64,000 bases of DNA from Bacilli bacterium (GTDB lineage: Bacteria > Bacillota_I > Bacilli_A > RF39 > UBA660), in contig JAFUBW010000014.1 in assembly GCA_017459965.1 (NCBI GenBank), forward strand, positions 5,442 through 69,441, given 5' to 3'. The notes beneath the pieces are model-generated. The model saw only the letters and a program-made list of their open reading frames with translations, was not told where the DNA came from and ran no database searches. The position numbers and the translations under genes were made by a program. This document shows, in pieces, positions 9,979 through 19,443 of the stretch (position 1 is the first letter of the stretch; each line of letters opens with the position of its first letter).

Positions 9979-11109
9979 ATGGAAGGAAGAAATAAAAATA
10001 TACTATTAGGAGTATTAATAGTAGGAGTAATAAGTATGAGTGTAGCATTTGCAGCATTAAGTACAAGATTACAAATAAATGGAACAACAAATGTAGCCGC
10101 AACCAAATGGAATATACATTTTCAAAATTGGACAAATATGACACAAAACACAGTAACAGTAAGTGGAGTAACACATAGTAATACAGCCCAATATGATGAT
10201 ACAAAGATAGAGCAAACACTAGCACCAAATATAACAAAAATAGATAAAGTAAATGTAATATTAAAACAACCAGGAGACTATATAAAATATAATTTTGAAA
10301 TAATAAATGAAGGAACAATAGCAGCAGCGTTAAGTAACTTTACAACAACAATAACAAATAATAATGATAATGTAATAAATTATGAAGTAAAATGTTATGA
10401 ATCAAATGCAAGAGAAGGAACAGAAGTAACAACAAATAGTGTATTAGAACCAAATGAAATAACATATTGTTATTTAAAAGTAGAATATAAAGATCAAGAT
10501 AATAATAATGGAGTATATGAACAAAGTGAAATAAATACAAATATAAGTGCAAATTGGATATGGGAACAAGGAAGTAGTAGTTCATCATCAAGTGGATCAG
10601 GAGATTCAGGATCAAGTAGTGGTGATTCAGGTAATGAACAATCTGGTGGTAATGAACAATCTGATGATATAACATATTATTATACTAGCGGAGGAGCACA
10701 AGCACAAGCTTCATCATTAAACACAAGTACTATTCCATATTGGATACAAAATAATAATACAACAGGTGTAAAAGAAGTTTGTGGTAACATGAATGGAGAT
10801 ATAGTTTGTTTAAGAGCACATAATTGGGACTGTGGAACATTAAATGGAACATCGTGCTCAAATAGTAGTGGATATGTAGCAGCCTTATATAATAGATTTT
10901 TACAAGTTCCAAATGTAAACCCAGAAGATTTACATATAGATGATGATTCATATTATGGTAATGTCTCATTATCGGTAGGATTTCAACCAACTGATGATCA
11001 AGTAGAGTGTAGTTTGGATGTTGATGGCATAGCAATGTGTTATTCACCTCTTAGTAACTGTTATTGTTTGATTAATGCTGATGGTTCATCTGAATGTGGT
11101 TGTGATTAG
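9979..11109 (+). CDS. Secreted protein: TasA/camelysin-like N-terminal region, Ser/Gly linker, Cys-rich C-terminal domain
   Basis: Good RBS (AAAAGGAG). The signal-anchor ends AFAALSTRLQINGT. LKQPGDYIKYNFEIINEGT resembles the TasA-family LKPGD...F.N.G pattern. The C-terminal ~150 aa contain 12 Cys. Confidence 0.55.
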   Translation: MEGRNKNILLGVLIVGVISMSVAFAALSTRLQINGTTNVAATKWNIHFQNWTNMTQNTVTVSGVTHSNTAQYDDTKIEQTLAPNITKIDKVNVILKQPGDYIKYNFEIINEGTIAAALSNFTTTITNNNDNVINYEVKCYESNAREGTEVTTNSVLEPNEITYCYLKVEYKDQDNNNGVYEQSEINTNISANWIWEQGSSSSSSSGSGDSGSSSGDSGNEQSGGNEQSDDITYYYTSGGAQAQASSLNTSTIPYWIQNNNTTGVKEVCGNMNGDIVCLRAHNWDCGTLNGTSCSNSSGYVAALYNRFLQVPNVNPEDLHIDDDSYYGNVSLSVGFQPTDDQVECSLDVDGIAMCYSPLSNCYCLINADGSSECGCD

Positions 11110-11121
11110 TAAAAATATTAA

Positions 11122-11149
11122 AAACATTTCTTTAAGAAATGTTTTTTTT
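11122..11149 (+). terminator. Intrinsic terminator
   Basis: aacatttct / agaaatgtt hairpin followed by T8. Confidence 0.6.
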
Positions 11150-11229
11150 GTAAAGTAAATAATAAAAATATTTGTATTTTCTTTAAAATGTGCTATAATA
11201 TCATAGGTTTAAAAAAAGGGAGAAGTATT

Positions 11230-13047
11230 ATGGAAAAAAGAAATATAGCAATTATCGCACACGTTGACCATGGTAAAACTACACTTGTTGATCAATTACT
11301 TAAACAATCAGGAACTTTTAGAGAAAATGAACAAGTAGATGAAAGAGCTATGGATTCAAATGATATAGAAAGAGAAAGAGGTATAACAATACTTGCTAAA
11401 CCTACTGCAATTAATTATAAAGGATATAGAATAAACATACTTGATACTCCAGGTCATGCTGACTTTGGTGGTGAAGTAGAAAGAATAATGCATATGGTTA
11501 ATGGAGTACTTTTAGTTGTAGATGCTTATGAAGGAGTTATGCCACAAACTAAATTTGTACTTAAAAAAGCAATGGAAGCAGGCTTAAAACCAATTGTAGT
11601 TATAAATAAAGTAGATAAACCATCATCTAGATGCAGTGAAGTAATAGATGAAATATTAGAATTATTAATAGAACTTGATGCAACTGAAGATCAATTAGAA
11701 TTTCCAGTAGTTTATGCATCTGCTGTTAATGGAACATGTTCACTTTCTGATGATTTATCTACTCAAGAGAAAACAATGGATCCAATACTTGATTTAATTA
11801 TAAATGAAATACCTGCTCCAAATAGTGATATCGATAGTCCACTTCAATTTCAACCAGCACTACTTGATTATAATGATTATGTTGGAAGAATAGGTGTTGG
11901 TACAGTTACAAGAGGTAAAATTAAAGTAAATGAAATGGTATCATGTGTAAGATTAGACGGATCAATTAAAAAATTTAGAGTACAAAAAATATATGGTTAT
12001 TTAGGGCTTAAAAGAATAGAAGTAAATGAAGCTTCCGCAGGAGATATAATAGCTATTTCAGGACTTCCTGATTTAGAAGTTGGTGAAACTATATGTACAG
12101 ATGGAAAAGAAGAAGCACTTCCTCTTCTTAGAATAGATGAACCAACTCTTCAAATGACATTTGGTGTAAATTCATCACCATTTGCTGGTAAAGAAGGTAA
12201 ATTTGTAACAGCATCTAAAATACAAGAAAGACTTAGAAAACAAGCAGAAAGTGATGTATCACTTAAAATAAAAGAAAATGATGCTGAGAGCTGGATAGTT
12301 TCAGGAAGAGGAGAACTTCATTTATCAATATTAATTGAAAATATGAGAAGAGAAGGATATGAACTAGAGGTATCTAAACCAGAAGTAATATTAAAAGAAA
12401 TAGATGGTGTAATATGTGAACCATATGAAGATGTACAAATTGAAACTCCAGAAGAAAACGTAGGTTCAGTAATTGAAGCACTTGGAAGAAGAGGAGGTAC
12501 TATGGTATCCATGGATAATCTTCCAAATGTAGTAAAACTAAACTATACAGTGCCATCAAGAGGTTTAATAGGATTCTCAACTGATTTTATGACAATGACT
12601 AAAGGATATGGAATACTTAATCATACATTTAAAGAATATTTACCAAAAGCAGATGCTGATGTTGGAGAAAGATCTTTAGGTGTACTTGTATCTATGGAAA
12701 ATGGTAAGACAACTGCTTATGCACTTGGAGCATTAGAAGAAAGAGGCATAATGTTTGTAGAACCTGGTGTAGATGTTTATGAAGGTATGATTGTTGGTGA
12801 AAATAATAGAGAAAATGACCTTGCTGTAAATGTTGTTAAGGGTAAGAACTTAACTAATACTAGAAGTGCAGGTAAAGACCATACAGTAGTACTTAAAAAA
12901 CCAAGAGTAATAACTTTAGAATATGCACTTGAATATATAAATACAGATGAACTTGTAGAAGTAACACCACTTAACTTTAGAATGAGAAAGAAAATATTAA
13001 ACACTGAAGAAAGAAAGAAATTTGATGCAAAAGTTAAAAATAAATAA
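11230..13047 (+). CDS. typA: Translational GTPase TypA/BipA
   Basis: MEKRNIAIIAHVDHGKTTLVDQLL, then DTPGHADFGGEVER and NKVD. The ~605 aa length and C-terminal region are typical of BipA. The start was moved to the ATG after GGGAGAAG. Confidence 0.92.
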   Translation: MEKRNIAIIAHVDHGKTTLVDQLLKQSGTFRENEQVDERAMDSNDIERERGITILAKPTAINYKGYRINILDTPGHADFGGEVERIMHMVNGVLLVVDAYEGVMPQTKFVLKKAMEAGLKPIVVINKVDKPSSRCSEVIDEILELLIELDATEDQLEFPVVYASAVNGTCSLSDDLSTQEKTMDPILDLIINEIPAPNSDIDSPLQFQPALLDYNDYVGRIGVGTVTRGKIKVNEMVSCVRLDGSIKKFRVQKIYGYLGLKRIEVNEASAGDIIAISGLPDLEVGETICTDGKEEALPLLRIDEPTLQMTFGVNSSPFAGKEGKFVTASKIQERLRKQAESDVSLKIKENDAESWIVSGRGELHLSILIENMRREGYELEVSKPEVILKEIDGVICEPYEDVQIETPEENVGSVIEALGRRGGTMVSMDNLPNVVKLNYTVPSRGLIGFSTDFMTMTKGYGILNHTFKEYLPKADADVGERSLGVLVSMENGKTTAYALGALEERGIMFVEPGVDVYEGMIVGENNRENDLAVNVVKGKNLTNTRSAGKDHTVVLKKPRVITLEYALEYINTDELVEVTPLNFRMRKKILNTEERKKFDAKVKNK

Positions 13048-13107
13048 AATAACTAAACATTTAGTTATTTTTTTATTTGTGATATAATTATATAAAGGTG
13101 ATAGTAA

Positions 13108-13692
13108 ATGAACATGAAAGATTTCTTAAAAGAGAAAAAACAACAAATTCAAGAAAAGAAAAAAGAAAAAGAAGAATTACAAGAACAAGCTAATTATAAT
13201 GTATATTCTTGGTATCAATTATATAAAAATAATTCAAGAGCATGTGCTGTAGGATTTATTATGCCAGATAATTATGAAATACATACTTCAACATCAACAT
13301 ATAGACATGACTCAGCAGCACAATTCTTATTTGCAAAATATTTTTCTAAAGATTTACAAAAAGAAGAAATAGAAGAAGATATTACATGGTTTAATTTACT
13401 TCCAAAATATTATAATACAATTTGTTTTGAACTTGTTTCACCGCTATATAATACCGCAGGTTCTGATATATTAATATTCTTACCAGATAAAATAAATGAA
13501 TTTCAAAAAGAAATTTTATATAAAATTCAAAATGAAATGGATTTTTATAATGAAAATATAAAAGTAAAAGTTAAATATCATGCTGGATTTAAAAAAAATG
13601 AAGATGACTTTGAAAGAATTGATGATATGTTAGATGCATATTATAAACTTGATAGAATTAATGAAAGAAGTGAATATTATGGAAAATTATAA
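13108..13692 (+). CDS. Hypothetical protein
   Basis: 194-aa ORF with an RBS (AAAGGTGA). No recognisable motif. It overlaps the PFOR start by 14 nt. Confidence 0.5.
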   Translation: MNMKDFLKEKKQQIQEKKKEKEELQEQANYNVYSWYQLYKNNSRACAVGFIMPDNYEIHTSTSTYRHDSAAQFLFAKYFSKDLQKEEIEEDITWFNLLPKYYNTICFELVSPLYNTAGSDILIFLPDKINEFQKEILYKIQNEMDFYNENIKVKVKYHAGFKKNEDDFERIDDMLDAYYKLDRINERSEYYGKL

Positions 13693-16600
13693 AGTTATAG
13701 ATGGTAATGAAGCATGTAGTTATGTATCATACATGTTTACAGAGGTGGCAGGTATTTATCCAATAACACCTGCTTCTGTTATGAGTGAAAATATTGATAA
13801 ATGGTCACAAAATGGAAGAAAAAATATTTTTGGTAATACTGTAAAAGTTGTTGAAATGCAAAGTGAAGCAGGTGCTATTGCACTTTGTCATGGATCACTT
13901 AATTCTGGAACACTTGCAAATACTTATACTGCATCACAAGGATTACTTTTAATGATACCATCAATGTATAAAATAGCTGGAGAAATGCTTCCATGCGTTA
14001 TAAATGTAGCATCTAGAACAGTTGCAACTCATGCTCTTAGTATATTTGGAGATCATTCTGATATATATGCTGCAAGAAGTACAGGTTTTTCTTTTCTAGC
14101 ATCTTCATCAGTACAAGATGTACCATATATGACACTTATATCTCATTTATCTTCGATTGATGGAAGACTACCATTTGTAAACTTTTTTGATGGTTTTAGA
14201 ACAAGCCATGAAATAAATAAAATAAAAATGTTTGAAATGGACGATATTAAAGATATAGTACCTTTTGATAAAATAGATAATTTTAGAAAAGAAAGTATAC
14301 TTTCAAATAAAAAAATAAAGGGTACAACTCAAAATGAAGATGTTTATTTTCAAAATTTAGAAGTAAGAAATAAATATTATGAAAAAATGCCGGATATAGT
14401 TAATGATTATATGAAGAAAATAAATAAAAAGTTTAAAACAGATTATAAACCATTTAATTATTATGGAAGTAAAACTGCTACTAAAGTAATTGTAGCTATG
14501 GGTTCTATTTGTGATTCAATTAAAGAACTTATAGATTTATTAAATGATAAAGGTGAAGAAGTTGGTTTAATAGAAGTGCACTTATTTAGACCTTTTTCTA
14601 AAAAATATTTTATTGATGTAATGCCTAAAACAGTAAGAAAAATTGCAGTTTTAGATAGAGCAAAAGAATCAAATGGATTTGATGTACTATACTCAGATAT
14701 AGTTAATATATTTAATGATGTAAAAAATAAACCATACATAATAGGTGGAAGATATGGTATATCATCTAAAAATACTACTTTAGAAGATTTATATGCTGTA
14801 TATAAGAATTTAGATTCTAAAAATCCTATTAATTCATTTACAATAGGTATAAAAGATGATGTAACAAATAAAAGTTTAAAACCATCTAAAATAAAAAATA
14901 ATAAAAAGAATATAGAAATGCTTATATATGGATATGGATCAGATGGAATGATTTCGGCATCTAAAGATATAGTAAAACAAATAGGTGAAAGTACAGAAGG
15001 ATTTACTCAAGGCTATTTTAAATATGATTCTAAAAAATCAGGTGGAGTAACAATAAGTCATATAAGAATAGATAAAACTCCAATTAGAAGCACATATTTA
15101 GTAGAAAATCCACATATAGTTGTATGCACAAAAGATATATATTTAAAAAGATATGATATTCTTAAAGGAATAAGAAAAAATGGTATATTTATACTTAATA
15201 CTGATAAAGGTATTAAAGTAATTCCAAATAAAATAAAAAAAGAGCTTGCTAAAAATAATATTAAAACATATATAATAGATGCAAATAAAATTGCAACTAA
15301 AAATAATATTCCAAATAAAATAAGTACTATTATGGAAACAGCTATAATATATATTACTAAATTACTTCCATATGAAGAATACTTAGAAGGATTAGAAAAA
15401 TCTATTATTAATAAATTCTCTAAAAAAGGAGAAGAAATAGTTAATAATAATATTTCTTCTATAAAAGAAGTGGTAGATAATATTAAAGAAATAGAAGTTG
15501 ATTCTTCATGGAAAGAATTAGAAGTAAATGAAAAAGAATTAGCTGGTGTATTTGATTATATATCAAGTTTAAGAGGAGAAGAATTATCTGTTAAAGAATT
15601 TATTGAACATGAAGATGGAACATATGAATGTGATACATCTAAAAAAGAAAAAAGAGATATAGCAGAAAATCTTCCAAGATGGATAAAAGAAAATTGTATT
15701 CAGTGTAATCATTGTTCTATAGTGTGCCCACATGGATGTATTACTCCTAAATTATTAACTGAAGAAGAAATAAAAAATAATCCAAATGTAGTAGTAACTG
15801 ATTGTATAGGTAATAAAGATTTAAAATTTGCTTTAGAATTCTCTTATGAAAATTGTACTGGATGTGGAGTTTGTGCAAATACATGTCTTGGTAAATTAGG
15901 TGCTAAAGCAATAATGATGAAAGATGCTAAAGAAGTAGAAAGAATTAATAATGTTATTAAAAATGTTACTAATAAAAAATTATATTTAGATACAACAGCT
16001 AAAGGACTTGCATATAATGAAGCTTTATTTAAATATTCAGGTGCATGCGCAGGTTGTGGTGAAACTCCATATATAAAGATGCTTACTCAAATATTTAATG
16101 ATTCTATTATAATCGCAAATGCTACAGGTTGTTCATCTATTTATGGTGGTTCATTACCTGGAATACCATATAATGTATCATGGTCTAATTCATTATTTGA
16201 AGACAACGCAGAATATGGACTTGGTATGAGAATGACCATAGATGTAACAAAGAATAAAATAACTAATATAATGAAAGAAAAACTTACAGGTAAGCTAGGT
16301 ATTAAAAATATAGAAATGTTTAATAAATGGCTTATTAATAAAGATAATTCTAACATTACTAAGGAAATAATGGAAAATATTAATTATGATGAAGTACCTG
16401 AACTACTTCCTTATAAAGGATATATACAAAATAAGGATGTATGGATTATTGGCGGTGATGGATGGAGTTATGACATTGGTTTTGCTGGAATAGATCATGT
16501 AATGGCATCAGGTGAAAATGTTAATATATTAGTGCTTGATACTGAAGTATATTCAAATACTGGTGGACAATCAAGTAAAGCAACTAATATAGGTGCTGTA

Positions 16601-17068
16601 GCTAAGTTTTCATCAAATGGTAAAAAAACAAATAAAAAAGATCTAGCTAAAATGATGATGACTTATGATAATGTATATGTTGCTCAGGTATCATTAGGTG
16701 CTAATATGAACCAAACGATTAAAGCTTTTAAAGAAGCAGCTAAACATAATGGCCCATCTTTAATAATAGCTTACGCACCATGTATTAATCATGGTATTAA
16801 AAAAGGAATGAGTAAATCTATTGAGGAAGAAAGATTAGCTGTTGAATGTGGTTATTTTCCAATATTTAGATATAATTCAAATGAAAAAGAGTTTACTTTA
16901 GATTATCAAAATCCAGACTTTGATAAATATGAAGAATTCTTAGATGGTGAAAATAGATATACAATGATAAAAAGTGTATCAGAAAAACTAGCTAAAGAAT
17001 TACTTGATAAGAATAAACAAAATGCTATTAAAAGGTTTAATTATTATAAAAATTTAAAAATAAAATAA
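13679..17068 (+). CDS. nifJ: Pyruvate:ferredoxin (flavodoxin) oxidoreductase, single-chain PFOR
   Basis: About 1130 aa. The N-terminus (DGNEACSYVSY...IYPITPAS) fits PFOR. It has two ferredoxin-type 4Cys motifs (CIQCNHCSIVCP, CTGCGVCANTC) and the TPP motif GGDGWSYDIG. Confidence 0.92.
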   Translation: MENYKVIDGNEACSYVSYMFTEVAGIYPITPASVMSENIDKWSQNGRKNIFGNTVKVVEMQSEAGAIALCHGSLNSGTLANTYTASQGLLLMIPSMYKIAGEMLPCVINVASRTVATHALSIFGDHSDIYAARSTGFSFLASSSVQDVPYMTLISHLSSIDGRLPFVNFFDGFRTSHEINKIKMFEMDDIKDIVPFDKIDNFRKESILSNKKIKGTTQNEDVYFQNLEVRNKYYEKMPDIVNDYMKKINKKFKTDYKPFNYYGSKTATKVIVAMGSICDSIKELIDLLNDKGEEVGLIEVHLFRPFSKKYFIDVMPKTVRKIAVLDRAKESNGFDVLYSDIVNIFNDVKNKPYIIGGRYGISSKNTTLEDLYAVYKNLDSKNPINSFTIGIKDDVTNKSLKPSKIKNNKKNIEMLIYGYGSDGMISASKDIVKQIGESTEGFTQGYFKYDSKKSGGVTISHIRIDKTPIRSTYLVENPHIVVCTKDIYLKRYDILKGIRKNGIFILNTDKGIKVIPNKIKKELAKNNIKTYIIDANKIATKNNIPNKISTIMETAIIYITKLLPYEEYLEGLEKSIINKFSKKGEEIVNNNISSIKEVVDNIKEIEVDSSWKELEVNEKELAGVFDYISSLRGEELSVKEFIEHEDGTYECDTSKKEKRDIAENLPRWIKENCIQCNHCSIVCPHGCITPKLLTEEEIKNNPNVVVTDCIGNKDLKFALEFSYENCTGCGVCANTCLGKLGAKAIMMKDAKEVERINNVIKNVTNKKLYLDTTAKGLAYNEALFKYSGACAGCGETPYIKMLTQIFNDSIIIANATGCSSIYGGSLPGIPYNVSWSNSLFEDNAEYGLGMRMTIDVTKNKITNIMKEKLTGKLGIKNIEMFNKWLINKDNSNITKEIMENINYDEVPELLPYKGYIQNKDVWIIGGDGWSYDIGFAGIDHVMASGENVNILVLDTEVYSNTGGQSSKATNIGAVAKFSSNGKKTNKKDLAKMMMTYDNVYVAQVSLGANMNQTIKAFKEAAKHNGPSLIIAYAPCINHGIKKGMSKSIEEERLAVECGYFPIFRYNSNEKEFTLDYQNPDFDKYEEFLDGENRYTMIKSVSEKLAKELLDKNKQNAIKRFNYYKNLKIK

Positions 17069-17072
17069 AGAA

Positions 17073-17099
17073 AAGTGTTCTAAATAAGAACACTTTTTT
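17073..17099 (+). terminator. Intrinsic terminator of the PFOR gene
   Basis: aagtgttc / gaacactt hairpin followed by a T-run. Confidence 0.65.
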
Positions 17100-17102
17100 A
17101 AT

Positions 17103-17207
17103 AAAAAAAAAGAAGTCGCTCCCCCCTGAGAGGCGACTTCATAAAAAAGAATAAAAAGGGGTTGGCTAGTGTGATACTAGCACCAATTCGCCATTTGGGA
17201 ATTGGTA
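17103..17207 (-). ncRNA. Candidate ~105-nt small RNA (unassigned family)
   Basis: On the minus strand: TTGACA (17241-17236), a 16-nt spacer, then TATTAT. The transcript has two hairpins (ccaattc/gaattgg, gctagt/actagc), a single-stranded CCCC-U-rich segment, and a strong terminator (gaagtcgc/gcgacttc plus T9). It has no ORF. Confidence 0.4.
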
Positions 17208-17288
17208 GACATTATAATACTGATTTTTTGATATTTGTCAATACTTTTTTAAAAATATGTTATAATTATTTTATAAGGAGTAACATTT

Positions 17289-19250
17289 ATGAAACAACTT
17301 AAAGATATTAAAGGAGTAGGTCCTAAAACAGTAGACCTTTTAAATAAATTAAATATATTTAATATAAGTGATTTACTTGATTATTATCCATATAGATATG
17401 ATGTATTAAAACAAACTTCTTTATATGAAGAAACTGTTATTATATCAGGAATAATAGAAACTAATCCTACTATTAATTTCTTTAAAAGAATGAACAGATT
17501 ATCTTTTAAATTAAATACAAATGAAAAACTTATTAATGTAGTTATATATAATAGGGTATTTCTTAAAAATAATTTAAACATAGGAAAAACTATAACAGTT
17601 ATAGGAAAATATGATGAGGTAAAAAACATATTAACTGCTTCAGATATTAAATTATTTGATTTAGAGGGTAATACTATTATTGAACCAGTTTATCATTTAA
17701 CAAAAGGACTTAATAATAAAACAATTAATAAAATAATTAATCAAGAATTAATTGAAGAAAATATAATTGATTATATTCCAAATGAATATATTAATAAATA
17801 CAATTTTCCTTCTAAATTAAATTCATTAAAACAAATACATAATCCAACTAAAATTAATATAAATAAGTATTTAGATAGATGTAAGTATGAAGAATTATTT
17901 TTATTTATGCTTAAAATTAATGCTTTAAAAAGAAGAAATAATGAACTTAATATAGGTTATGAAAGAAATATAAAAATAGACAAAGTAAATAGTTTTATAG
18001 ATGAATTACCATTTGAACTAACTATTGATCAAAAGGAAGCTATTAAAGTCATTATAAATGATTTAAATTCAAGTAAAAGAATGAATAGATTACTTGAAGG
18101 AGATGTAGGATCAGGAAAAACAATAGTAGCTATTATTGCTATGTATTCTCTTTATTTATCTGGTTATCAATCAGCACTTATGGTACCAACTGAAGTACTT
18201 GCTAAACAACATTTTAATAATATTACAAATTTATTAAAAAATTATAATATAAATATAGAATTACTTGTTGGAAGTATGACTAAAAAACAAAAAGAAGAGT
18301 CTTATGAAAGAATAAAAGATGGTACTTCTAATATTATTATAGGAACACATGCAATTATTCAAGATGAAATAGAATATAATAACTTAGGACTTGTAATAAC
18401 AGATGAACAACATAGATTTGGAGTAAATCAAAGAAATAATTTAAGAAATAAAGGTAATCTTCCAGATGTACTTTATATGAGTGCAACTCCAATACCAAGA
18501 ACATATGCACTTACTATCTATGGTGATATGGATATATCTATTATTAATACGATGCCATCAGGTAGAAAGAAAATAATAACTAAAGTAGTCGATAATAAAG
18601 ATATTAAAAAGGTTTTATTTAAAATTAAAGAAGAATTAGATAATAATCATCAAGTATATATAATATCACCTTTAATAGAAGATTCAGAAGATGAACAAGA
18701 GGATATTAAAAAGTTAGAACATAAATTTAAATTAGCATTTAAAGATAAAAATATAGGTATACTTCATGGTAAAATGAAACCTAAAGAAAAAGATAAAATA
18801 ATGGATGATTATTTAAACCAAAAAATAGATATATTAATATCTACTACAGTAATAGAAGTAGGAGTAGATGTTAAAAATGCTACTATGATTGTTATATTTG
18901 ATGCATATAAATTTGGACTTGCAACTCTTCATCAACTTAGAGGTAGAGTAGGAAGAAATGATTTTCAGTCTTACTGCATATTAATGACTAATAAAGATTC
19001 AGAAAGATTAAATATAATGGAGACAGTATCAGATGGATTTACACTTGCACAAGAAGATCTAAAATTAAGAGGGTCTGGTGATTTATTTGGTATAAGACAA
19101 AGTGGAGATATGTCATTTAAAATAGCAAATTTAACAAAAGATTATGATTTGGTATTAAAAGCAAAAGATGATACAAATAAAATATTAGATAATATAGATG
19201 ATTATAAATTACTTAAAAATATACTAAAAGAAAATATAAATATGGATTGA
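17289..19250 (+). CDS. recG: ATP-dependent DNA helicase RecG
   Basis: 653 aa. Wedge-type N-terminal domain, Walker A (GDVGSGKT), DEQH box, and C-terminal LHQLRGRVGR and TRG-like motifs. Confidence 0.9.
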   Translation: MKQLKDIKGVGPKTVDLLNKLNIFNISDLLDYYPYRYDVLKQTSLYEETVIISGIIETNPTINFFKRMNRLSFKLNTNEKLINVVIYNRVFLKNNLNIGKTITVIGKYDEVKNILTASDIKLFDLEGNTIIEPVYHLTKGLNNKTINKIINQELIEENIIDYIPNEYINKYNFPSKLNSLKQIHNPTKININKYLDRCKYEELFLFMLKINALKRRNNELNIGYERNIKIDKVNSFIDELPFELTIDQKEAIKVIINDLNSSKRMNRLLEGDVGSGKTIVAIIAMYSLYLSGYQSALMVPTEVLAKQHFNNITNLLKNYNINIELLVGSMTKKQKEESYERIKDGTSNIIIGTHAIIQDEIEYNNLGLVITDEQHRFGVNQRNNLRNKGNLPDVLYMSATPIPRTYALTIYGDMDISIINTMPSGRKKIITKVVDNKDIKKVLFKIKEELDNNHQVYIISPLIEDSEDEQEDIKKLEHKFKLAFKDKNIGILHGKMKPKEKDKIMDDYLNQKIDILISTTVIEVGVDVKNATMIVIFDAYKFGLATLHQLRGRVGRNDFQSYCILMTNKDSERLNIMETVSDGFTLAQEDLKLRGSGDLFGIRQSGDMSFKIANLTKDYDLVLKAKDDTNKILDNIDDYKLLKNILKENINMD

Positions 19251-19281
19251 CAATTTAAAAAAAATATAATATTATTATTAT

Positions 19282-19371
19282 AGCGTAACGATATGTTACG
19301 TAAGCGCTTTTACAAGTTAAGGTGAAAGTGCAACCAAAACCCCCTGAAGGAGCCATTAGGCTCCATTTTTT
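19282..19371 (+). ncRNA. Candidate ~90-nt structured RNA or orphan leader ending in the island att-core terminator
   Basis: TTGACA (19247-19252), a 17-nt spacer, then TATTAT (19270-19275). The transcript has hairpins cgtaac/gttacg and gcgcttt/aaagtgc, then the ggagcc-atta-ggctcc terminator with T6. It has no ORF. Confidence 0.35.
19340..19371 (+). repeat. Island direct repeat, left copy (putative attL core)
   Basis: ccccctgaaggagccattaggctccatttttt, identical to 32294-32325. Confidence 0.7.
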
Positions 19372-19409
19372 GTTATAAAATAAGGGATTTTAGTAATTTA
19401 GATAGGTTC

Positions 19410-19429
19410 TACACACCCATCTACACACC
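19410..19429 (+). repeat. Tandem arm-type repeat, integrase-proximal copy
   Basis: tacacaccc-atc-tacacacc, identical to 32167-32186. It lies 38 nt inside the left core repeat. Confidence 0.6.
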
Positions 19430-19443
19430 CATATAGGGTATTA

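Noticed and set aside
10555-10665. DNA-level tandem repeat in the Ser/Gly-coding stretch of 9979-11109, and similarly the PQ-coding stretch at about 55740-55800.
   Set aside because: These are in-frame low-complexity coding linkers with imperfect short periodicity. They are not independent repeat elements.
9902-11047. Four minus-strand ORFs opposite the secreted-protein gene (9902-10318, 9915-10106, 10340-10675, 10730-11047).
   Set aside because: Their translations are monotonous (L/H/Y/I runs) and mirror the codon bias of the plus-strand gene. The plus-strand ORF has an RBS, a signal peptide and domain structure.
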